Virus record (IMG/VR): IMGVR_UViG_3300031997_002496
Source of the DNA: a virus
Length of the DNA stretch: 15,828 nucleotides
Strand: one strand, 5' to 3'
This document shows positions 1-5,952 of this stretch, piece after piece; within the stretch, counting starts at the first letter, position 1, and every line of letters starts with the position of its first letter. A program made the position numbers and the translations under genes. The notes beneath the pieces are model-generated. The model saw only the letters and a program-made list of their open reading frames with translations, had not been told where the DNA came from and searched no databases.

Positions 1-40
1 TTTAGCCGGGCCTTCGACCTTCAAGATGTTCTCGCACCAA

Positions 41-301
41 TTAGGCATCGCGTTTGTACTCCATCCTCTGATTCTCTTCCGCGACCAACTTCTCGAACTG
101 CTCGATCAACTTCTGCTTGTTTCCCTTAAGCCCGTACTCCTGCTTCACGCGGGTGAAGCACGAAGGACCTCGGGTCAGTTTCATGCCGGTCTTGAGCTCG
201 GTCTTCATCCCATGCAGCAGGGTGTTCATGCGAAAAAAATTGACTGCCTTCGGACCGTCGAACAACGTCGGCGTTCCGTCCTTCGTTACGCTGATAGTCA
301 A
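41..301 (-). CDS. hypothetical small protein (86 aa), Lys/Glu-rich C-terminus
   Basis: Minus-strand ORF with a TTG start at 301. A perfect AGGAGG Shine-Dalgarno lies 5 nt upstream on the minus strand (reverse complement of 306-311). The overlapping plus-strand frames look antisense-like (Leu/Ser/Pro-rich). No recognisable domain. Confidence 0.5.
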   Translation of the reverse strand: MTISVTKDGTPTLFDGPKAVNFFRMNTLLHGMKTELKTGMKLTRGPSCFTRVKQEYGLKGNKQKLIEQFEKLVAEENQRMEYKRDA

Positions 302-377
302 TGCAGCCTCCTTTGTGTGCAGGGGCTTATACCCAAATCACCCCGCTTTTACGGGTGGCCGGGCCTACACTTGGGGC

Positions 378-731
378 GTGAAGACGGTACTGGTAGTAGA
401 CGACGACACCCTCATACGGAGGCTCGTACATGACGCGCTGACCAAGCGTGGGGGCTACGCTGTGCTCGAAGCCGAGGACGGTGTGGACGGGGTAGCGCGC
501 TTTCTGCTGCACAGGCCTGACATCCTCATCACGGACATCTCGATGCCAAACAGCGACGGCTTGGAGATGCTCGACGTTCTCAAAAAAGGAAAGCTGCTCG
601 AAGGCGTCCGCGTCGTCATCATGTCCGGCGTGTTGAACACGGAGACGCTCCGCGCAAAAAATACCGGCGCCGCCGCGCTACTGAGTAAACCGTTCAACCT
701 TCAAGAGCTGTACGATGCCATTGGGGGATGA
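378..731 (+). CDS. single-domain response regulator (CheY-like receiver domain)
   Basis: The translation has the complete receiver signature: the acidic pair in VLVVDDD, the phospho-acceptor Asp in ILITDISMP, the Ser/Thr position in VVIMSG and the Lys-Pro in LSKPF. There is no output domain. GTG at 378 is the first plausible in-frame start, immediately before the domain. Upstream, the longer ORF from 117 runs into antisense-looking sequence. The GGGG just upstream is a weak SD, so the start is uncertain. Confidence 0.7.
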   Translation: MKTVLVVDDDTLIRRLVHDALTKRGGYAVLEAEDGVDGVARFLLHRPDILITDISMPNSDGLEMLDVLKKGKLLEGVRVVIMSGVLNTETLRAKNTGAAALLSKPFNLQELYDAIGG

Positions 732-734
732 GGC

Positions 735-1010
735 ATGCGTCGAACAAAGCGAGCAGGAATCGGGGAAGAGAAAGTGAAGAAGATTTCCGTCAAGCGACTC
801 CCCCGCAAGACCTCCTTCATTGTGCAGTACTCTGACGGACGTCGAGTAGAAACGTCGTACGTAGAGATCCAAGGAAATGCTACGCTCTACCTGGACCCTG
901 GAACGAAAGAGCCCGTCCTCCGGACAGAAGCAAACGTAAATCTCGGACACGCCACAGGAACCTGCGCGGTATGCGGGGGAGATACAGATGACCAACACGC
1001 CCATGCTTGA
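735..1010 (+). CDS. hypothetical protein (91 aa), translationally coupled to the response regulator
   Basis: ATG at 735 lies 4 nt after the TGA of the receiver gene, and the sequence GGGGGATGAGG sits upstream. The 3' end overlaps the SNF2 gene start by 23 nt. Basic N-terminus, C-terminal CAVCGG. No recognisable domain. Confidence 0.45.
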   Translation: MRRTKRAGIGEEKVKKISVKRLPRKTSFIVQYSDGRRVETSYVEIQGNATLYLDPGTKEPVLRTEANVNLGHATGTCAVCGGDTDDQHAHA

Positions 1011-3207
1011 CCGCTTCAAGATCGCCGCCAAGCAAAAGAAAGAAAAGAAGAAACCGGCGGAGCCGGAGTCCTTCAAATGGACAAGCGGCCCTGAGGAAAA
1101 AGAAGAGCCGGATGGTGCGGTCATGCGCGCCGCAAAGATGTTCGGTAAGGGTATGGGCGGGCTCGCCGCGGGAAATCTGGCAGCGACGCCTCTGGCCATA
1201 GGTACTTTCGCGCTGGACGACCGCCTCAAAGAGCAGAGGCCTGTAGGTACTCGGCAGATTGCCTCAGAGATGGGGCAGAAGATCGACAAGTATACGCACG
1301 GGGATCCTGGGGGCGGAGTCGGAGCGACCAGGGATGGGAAACTGGTTACGCTCATTCGTACGCGGCCAAAGGACTCAGAAGCCATCAAGGCGCACGAAGT
1401 GGGCCACGTCAAAAACGTTGAGATGGTTGGGAAGATGCCGTGGGGCCTCGCGCGAAGCGGCTCCGGAATGTTGACCAGTCTGAGTGGCCCCGCGGCGGGA
1501 GTCTATTCCGCCGTCGCCGACGACCCGTCGTACACCCCCTCGATGGTGCACCTCGGACTGAGCGCGCCGATCCTGTTGGACGAAGCTCTCGCATCTCTCC
1601 GAGCCCTGCATCACATGACTGGAAAGCATGGCCTCGGTACAGGGATGAAGCGGTCCCTCCCTCTGCTGCCAGCCTTTGGGTCGTATGCGGCGCAAGCCCT
1701 CGCACCGGCCGGAATCGTAGCGCTGCGCCGCTTCCTCAAAAAGAGGGAGGATGAAAAAAAAAAGACCAGCGGGGGAGTAGCCGAGAAAACGGCTAAGATC
1801 ACAACCAAGCTCAAGCCGCACCAACAGCGGGTCGTTGACCGCATGGAAGACGAAGACCAGCCGGGCATTGTGGCGGCCCATGGGTTGGGTTCCGGCAAAA
1901 CGCTGACAAGCCTGGCGGTGCAAGAGGCGCTCGGACTTCCTGCCGACATCGTAACACCTGCGGCCCTCCAGTCGAACTACCAAAAAGAGATCAAAGCTCA
2001 CACCACCAAGCATCCCGAAACACACATTCAAAGCTTGGAGGGCGTCGCTCGTACGGGCGGCTCGGGTCTCAAGAGCCCCTTCCTGGTGGTGGATGAAGCC
2101 CACCGTCTGCGAAATGCGGGCAAGGCTCGCACGGGGATCAAAGCTTCTCCAGCCAAGAAACGCCTCGCCCTCACCGGGTCCCTTCTCTACAACCACCCCT
2201 CCGACGTATCAGGCCCCATCAACATGGTAGCGGGGCGCTCCGTGCTTCCGGAGAACCCCGACGAATTCACTCAACGTTTCCTGCAAGACGTCCCCATGAG
2301 TCGCAGTCTCTGGGAACGTCTCCGGGGTACGCCCGCGTTCTATCAGACCCGTCTCAATCCAAAGTCGGTGGGGTCGCTCCAGGCAGCTCTCGACAAGTAC
2401 GTTGATTTTCACCCCGGTAGCACTGAGGACTTCCCGACGCGAGAAGACGCGACTGTCCGCGTACCGATGACCCGCGACCAGATGAAGCTGTACGAAAACG
2501 TTGGTAAGGATCAACCTGGCTGGCTGCGTCGGAAGGTTCTGATGAACCTCCCACCGACCAAAGCCGAAGCGAAACAGCTCAACGCTTTCCTCACCGGTGT
2601 CCGGCAGGTAGCCAACACAACGCAGGGATTTGACACCAGCGCCCACCCGGCGCACCAGCCGAAGATCGACCGAGCTGTGACAGAGCTGCAGAGCATGCTG
2701 GCGAAGAATCCTCGTGCGAAAGCAATCGTCTACTCGCACTACCTCGAATCAGGGATCGACCCGTACAAGAAGAAGCTTGAGGAACTCCACATCCCGCATG
2801 GTTCTTTCACCGGCGAGATGCCGCGCGCTGAACGGGACCGCATGGTGAAAGACTACAACTCCGGGAAGCTGAAAGCCCTGCTGCTCTCCAGCGCCGGCGG
2901 CGAAGGCTTGGACCTCAAGGGAACTCGCCTCATCCAACTCCTCGAGCCCCACTGGAATCAGGAGAAGCTGAAGCAGGTCATCGGTCGCGGCATCCGCTAC
3001 AAGAGCCACTCCGGCCTCCCCGAGAATGAGCGAAACGTCCTGGTGCAGCGGTACCTCGCAACGCGAGCTCCCTACGGAGCCATGGAGCGCCTGGGCCTAC
3101 GCAAGCCCGGCTACGGCGTAGATGAGTACCTCGATGAGATGGGCGCCCGTAAGGAGCAGCTGAACGAGCAGGTCCGGCGCATGCTGCGAGAGCCACAAAG
3201 TACTTGA
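988..3207 (+). CDS. SNF2-family helicase/ATPase with an N-terminal HExxH (zincin-like) domain; polyvalent-protein-like
   Basis: 739-aa ORF. GGGGAG sits 6 nt upstream of the ATG. The N-terminal ~260 aa contain AHEVGH (nt 1393-1407). A Lys-rich linker (KKREDEKKKTSGG) follows. The SNF2 N-domain motifs are present: GLGSGKT (Walker A), VVDEAHRLRN (DEAH box) and LALTGSLLYNHP. The helicase C-domain carries AIVYSHY...LLLSSAGGEGLDL...QVIGRGIRYKSH (motif VI). Confidence 0.85.
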   Translation: MTNTPMLDRFKIAAKQKKEKKKPAEPESFKWTSGPEEKEEPDGAVMRAAKMFGKGMGGLAAGNLAATPLAIGTFALDDRLKEQRPVGTRQIASEMGQKIDKYTHGDPGGGVGATRDGKLVTLIRTRPKDSEAIKAHEVGHVKNVEMVGKMPWGLARSGSGMLTSLSGPAAGVYSAVADDPSYTPSMVHLGLSAPILLDEALASLRALHHMTGKHGLGTGMKRSLPLLPAFGSYAAQALAPAGIVALRRFLKKREDEKKKTSGGVAEKTAKITTKLKPHQQRVVDRMEDEDQPGIVAAHGLGSGKTLTSLAVQEALGLPADIVTPAALQSNYQKEIKAHTTKHPETHIQSLEGVARTGGSGLKSPFLVVDEAHRLRNAGKARTGIKASPAKKRLALTGSLLYNHPSDVSGPINMVAGRSVLPENPDEFTQRFLQDVPMSRSLWERLRGTPAFYQTRLNPKSVGSLQAALDKYVDFHPGSTEDFPTREDATVRVPMTRDQMKLYENVGKDQPGWLRRKVLMNLPPTKAEAKQLNAFLTGVRQVANTTQGFDTSAHPAHQPKIDRAVTELQSMLAKNPRAKAIVYSHYLESGIDPYKKKLEELHIPHGSFTGEMPRAERDRMVKDYNSGKLKALLLSSAGGEGLDLKGTRLIQLLEPHWNQEKLKQVIGRGIRYKSHSGLPENERNVLVQRYLATRAPYGAMERLGLRKPGYGVDEYLDEMGARKEQLNEQVRRMLREPQST
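1754..1763 (+). repeat. A10 homopolymer containing an in-frame A_AAA_AAG slippery heptamer inside the SNF2 gene
   Basis: Ten consecutive A residues in a ~60% GC sequence. The main frame reads gaA AAA AAA AAG (E-K-K-K). This places the dnaX-type X_XXY_YYZ heptamer A_AAA_AAG (1758-1764) in the zero frame, exactly in the linker between the HExxH domain and the SNF2 domain. Confidence 0.6.
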
Positions 3208-3263
3208 CGCTGATATACAAATAGTGTCTAAGGGCGCTTCCTCGCGGTACCCTGGGAGCGCCT

Positions 3264-3521
3264 ATGTGGAAACCCGTTGCTCGCGGTGACTGGCCGTTCT
3301 GGGCCTTGGACCTGAACTCGCTCTGGCAACACAAGTCGGGACACTGGCTATCGAGTACAACCAACAGCCACTCAACGCTGTGGGAACTCCGCGCTGTGGA
3401 CGGGAAGACCTTGACGAATCAGATGGACCTTCCCTTCCGTGAAGGGCTGGACGGCGCCCCCGTAGCGTGGGCAAACCTGGAGCTGGATCGGCGAAAGGGG
3501 AGTGTCAATGCTCAGCCTTGA
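3264..3521 (+). CDS. hypothetical Trp-rich protein (85 aa)
   Basis: ATG at 3264 with GGGAG 5 nt upstream. First gene after a short, relatively AT-rich intergenic stretch following the SNF2 gene. Confidence 0.5.
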   Translation: MWKPVARGDWPFWALDLNSLWQHKSGHWLSSTTNSHSTLWELRAVDGKTLTNQMDLPFREGLDGAPVAWANLELDRRKGSVNAQP

Positions 3522-3699
3522 TGTACAGCTGCGCCGCGCCGCTCTCAACTACGGGAAGTGGCAAAAGAAGGCGAAGGAATCCCAAACCATGAAAGATCGA
3601 ATCCGGTTCGTGCACGCCGAAACAAAGTTGGGTATGGCAGCCCAAGCGGTTTTCGAGAAGGAGCAAAAACGTGAAGCGCGAGGAAGAAACAAAGGCTAG
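3508..3699 (+). CDS. hypothetical small basic protein (63 aa from ATG 3508; GTG 3502 alternative)
   Basis: GGGGAG at 3497-3502 sits 5 nt upstream of ATG 3508. The gene overlaps the end of the previous gene. Lys/Arg/Glu-rich. Confidence 0.45.
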   Translation: MLSLDVQLRRAALNYGKWQKKAKESQTMKDRIRFVHAETKLGMAAQAVFEKEQKREARGRNKG

Positions 3700-3880
3700 G
3701 TCCCGCGCTGCATGGCGGGCATGGTACAGACGGCACCACGCCGAAGCGAAGGCATACTACCGGGAACGGTACGCAGAAAAGCTGAAGAAGGAGACCTCCG
3801 AGGAACGCGAACTGCGATTGGCGCAGGCACGCAAACACCAGAAGAAGTACGCAAGTCGTAAAAAGAAAATCAAGGAGTAG
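3671..3880 (+). CDS. hypothetical highly basic helical protein (69 aa)
   Basis: GTG start with GAAGGAG 7 nt upstream. Overlaps the previous ORF by 29 nt. About 40% Lys, Arg and Glu, with RAAWRAWYRRHH and KKYASRKKKIKE. Probably nucleic-acid binding. Confidence 0.45.
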   Translation: MKREEETKARSRAAWRAWYRRHHAEAKAYYRERYAEKLKKETSEERELRLAQARKHQKKYASRKKKIKE

Positions 3881-3883
3881 CCC

Positions 3884-4378
3884 ATGTTCGTCGTACTCGA
3901 TCTTGACCAGACCCTCGCTGACAATGCCCACCGCGCCCATCACGTAGAAAAGGAACCCAAGAACTGGGATGCGTTCTTTGCTCCGGACCTCGTCATCAAA
4001 GACACGGTCATCGTGGGCGCAGAACGTGTCCTCACCCACTTCAATGACTTGAAATACGACTTCGTCATCCTCACAGGACGTAACGAAGATCTCCGCGACA
4101 CGACCATGCGCTGGATCCAAGAGAAGCTGAGCATCACGGTGCTCGATACACACCTGCTCATGCGCCCCAACGGAAACATGCTCAACGCGGCGGAGTTCAA
4201 GCGGGAGCAGCTGCTCAACTTCAAGCAGGGGCTCGAGAATCGAGACAGCGACTTCATCATCATCGATGATGACTCCGCGGTAGGAGCGGCTCTGAGTTCT
4301 TTCGGTGTCGTCCTCAAGGCGCCGGAGTGCTGGCCTCTTCTTTTCCCGGTCCAGGAACCCGAGAAAATCGAAGAGTAG
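3884..4378 (+). CDS. HAD-superfamily phosphatase (polynucleotide 3'-phosphatase / 5'-nucleotidase-like)
   Basis: AAGGAG lies 8 nt upstream of the ATG. HAD motif I is VVLDLDQTL (DxDxT), motif II is VILTGR, a conserved Lys is present, and motif IV is IIIDDD. At 164 aa it is a cap-less minimal HAD, as in phage PNK phosphatase domains. Confidence 0.8.
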   Translation: MFVVLDLDQTLADNAHRAHHVEKEPKNWDAFFAPDLVIKDTVIVGAERVLTHFNDLKYDFVILTGRNEDLRDTTMRWIQEKLSITVLDTHLLMRPNGNMLNAAEFKREQLLNFKQGLENRDSDFIIIDDDSAVGAALSSFGVVLKAPECWPLLFPVQEPEKIEE

Positions 4379-4379
4379 C

Positions 4380-4392
4380 CCTATACTGGCGC
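4380..4392 (+). promoter_or_regulatory. CTATACTGG motif copy 5 nt upstream of ATG 4393 (possible -10 of a leaderless transcript)
   Basis: cccCTATACTGGcgcATG. No convincing -35. Confidence 0.2.
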
Positions 4393-5028
4393 ATGCCGCT
4401 CAACGGGGCATACTCCTGGAAAGAGGACAATCTCTCCCCCGACGAGCGGGTTGACCATTTTTTCAATTTGATTGATCACGCCGTCGAGAACGGAATTCCG
4501 CTAGCTGAGCTGTTCCACCGGAAGCACGTCAAAAGCTTCCTCCTCTATCTCTTGCAACGGTACGACGAGCCCTGTAAAACCTGCAACCTTCGCCCAACTA
4601 AAGGATCAACCACAATGCCCAAGCTGACTCTGACCAGTACGTTTGCCTCGTCCATCGTCATCGGTGATCCGGCCAACATCACCTTCACCTTGCTCCCCAA
4701 AGAGACGAAGTCCGTAGAAGTGACGGATGTCCAACTCCGCCAGCTCACCCCAGGCCTGGAGAAGCTCAAAGGAGCTGGCTGGCTGAACTACGTGGCAGGC
4801 GTCGCGGCTCCCGTCGCTGTCCCAGAGCCCGTCAAGGTGGTCGAAGACGTGAAGGTCGTCGCAGTGCCGGTGGCCCCGCCGCCCGCTCCTGAGCCCGTTG
4901 CCGCCCCTGAACCCGTAGCGGCCCCTGAGCCTGCCGCTGAGGAAGCCGCCGCCCCTGAGGCTCCCGTGGCGAAGGTGGAAGAGGCTCCGAAGCAGAACCT
5001 CTTCGACCGGAAGAATCGCAACCGCTAA
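4393..5028 (+). CDS. hypothetical protein with a C-terminal Pro/Ala-rich repeat region (possible virion/structural protein); an internal alternative start at 4615 is plausible
   Basis: Continuous frame. ATG 4393 has no SD but follows a CTATACTGG motif. In-frame ATG 4615 has AAAGGA 9 nt upstream and would yield a 137-aa protein (MPKLTLTSTF...). The C-terminus carries VAVPEPVKV...APEPVAAPEPVAAPEPAAEEAAAPEAP. Confidence 0.5.
   Translation: MPLNGAYSWKEDNLSPDERVDHFFNLIDHAVENGIPLAELFHRKHVKSFLLYLLQRYDEPCKTCNLRPTKGSTTMPKLTLTSTFASSIVIGDPANITFTLLPKETKSVEVTDVQLRQLTPGLEKLKGAGWLNYVAGVAAPVAVPEPVKVVEDVKVVAVPVAPPPAPEPVAAPEPVAAPEPAAEEAAAPEAPVAKVEEAPKQNLFDRKNRNR
4886..4960 (+). repeat. imperfect 18-bp tandem repeats (gcccctgaRcccgtWgcS, about 3.5 copies) encoding an (A/P)PEPVA linker
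   Basis: Direct reading: the copies are gctcctgagcccgttgcc, gcccctgaacccgtagcg and gcccctgagcctgccgct, plus a partial fourth. Confidence 0.6.
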
Positions 5029-5038
5029 GCCGTTTTTC

Positions 5039-5053
5039 ACTATACTCGGAGGC
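5039..5053 (+). promoter_or_regulatory. CACTATACTCGG motif copy 7 nt upstream of ATG 5054 (possible -10 of a leaderless transcript)
   Basis: tcaCTATACTcggaggcATG. The 7-nt -10-to-ATG spacing fits a leaderless start. Alternatively GGAGG is an SD, but only 1 nt from the ATG. Confidence 0.2.
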
Positions 5054-5470
5054 ATGAGCCACCCTCTCGAGAATGCCTACTGGACCGGCCAGGTCGCGGC
5101 CTGTGAATCGTTTGGCGTCAAAGAAGCTGGAGTCCTCGGACAGATCGGCAAGTGGGGCGGCAAAGCCCTGCAATGGGGTGGGCGTGCCGCCGGAGTTGTA
5201 CCGGTCGCCGGTGAGGCCGTCGGCGCTATCGCTGGTGGCCTCGGCGGCGTGATGCAGGGCGCTGCCCAAGGTGAAGGCTGGAAGGGCATGGCCGCTCGCG
5301 GAGCGGCCGGTGCTGCCACTGGCGCGATGCCTCTCGGAGCTGGTCTGGTCGCTGGCGCTGCGAGTGATCTCGCGCTCGACAAGATGCTGGCGAAGAAACC
5401 CCCGGGGCCTCAGAACGCCCCAATGCCGGGGATGATGGGGCAGGGGCACCTTCCGGGGCATGCTGCGTGA
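5054..5470 (+). CDS. Gly/Ala-rich protein with glycine-zipper-like segments (138 aa)
   Basis: ATG 5054 is preceded by CTATACTcGGAGGc. The protein has GxxxG/AxxxA runs (AGEAVGAIAGGLGGVMQGAAQG, AAGAATGAMPLGAGLVAGAAS). Its stop overlaps the next start. Caveat: high GC alone can inflate Gly/Ala content. Confidence 0.5.
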   Translation: MSHPLENAYWTGQVAACESFGVKEAGVLGQIGKWGGKALQWGGRAAGVVPVAGEAVGAIAGGLGGVMQGAAQGEGWKGMAARGAAGAATGAMPLGAGLVAGAASDLALDKMLAKKPPGPQNAPMPGMMGQGHLPGHAA

Positions 5471-5952
5471 TGTCCCTCTCTCACCACGCATACAGCCTCG
5501 GAGCCTCGGACGCCAAAGTGGCGTTCTTTGGAGAGCTCTACGAGAAGCACATCAAAGGGGATCTTGGCCCCTTCGCGAGCGGTCTCTTCGTAGGGAGCCC
5601 TCTTAGTGCCGCGGCGGCAGGAGCCGCGGGACAAGCTCTCGACACGCCGGCTGGAGGATCAAAGATTCTCCGAAGTATCGGTGTCGGAGCCGGTGCAGCG
5701 GCGGCGAATAAGGTAGTTTCCCCTATCGCTAATTTCGTAGCCCATGCGGTAATGATGGGGCTCAACCCCATTCTGTATTCTTTGCCGGTGTTGGGATACC
5801 CGCCAGTCGCCGCGGCTATTTCGCAGCTGCTCGGAACCGCGATCCACGAGATTCCGACAGGTATCGCCCAGTCGTATGCTGCAACAAAGGGCCGAGCAGC
5901 GGCGCAACATCTTGAGAAGTTCCTACAGAAAAAGGACGTGAGGGTACCATGA
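5467..5952 (+). CDS. Gly/Ala-rich protein (161 aa)
   Basis: Its start overlaps the stop of the previous ORF, and its stop overlaps the next start in an ATGATG arrangement (translational coupling). Ala/Gly zipper segments. C-terminus is SYAATKGRAAAQHLEKFL. Confidence 0.5.
   Translation: MMSLSHHAYSLGASDAKVAFFGELYEKHIKGDLGPFASGLFVGSPLSAAAAGAAGQALDTPAGGSKILRSIGVGAGAAAANKVVSPIANFVAHAVMMGLNPILYSLPVLGYPPVAAAISQLLGTAIHEIPTGIAQSYAATKGRAAAQHLEKFLQKKDVRVP

Noticed and set aside
26-433. 135-aa plus-strand ORF overlapping the 41..301 minus gene and the start of the receiver gene
   Set aside because: Leu-rich, low-complexity translation typical of antisense in GC-rich DNA. It has no SD, and the minus-strand gene has a perfect AGGAGG.
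678-1412. 244-aa minus-strand ORF antisense to the coupled ORF and the SNF2 gene
   Set aside because: Ser/Pro/Cys/Arg-rich junk-like translation. The sense strand carries unmistakable SNF2 motifs.
1375-2196. 273-aa minus-strand ORF inside the SNF2 gene
   Set aside because: Antisense to the Walker A / DEAH region of a well-supported gene, with Arg/Gly-rich low-complexity composition.
3203-3263. Possible promoter TTGACG ... TATACA and a GGCGCT/AGCGCC inverted repeat after the SNF2 gene
   Set aside because: The -35 and -10 spacings do not fit (4 or 18+ nt). The inverted repeat has a 20-nt loop and overlaps the next gene's SD. The region is kept only as an AT-richer intergenic stretch.
4832-5491. 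219-aa minus-strand ORF, and 4606..5055, over the Pro/Ala-repeat and first Gly/Ala gene
   Set aside because: Extremely Arg/Ser/Pro/Gly-rich. It runs against the operon direction. It probably exists only because the sense strand avoids stop codons in GC-rich Gly/Ala codons.
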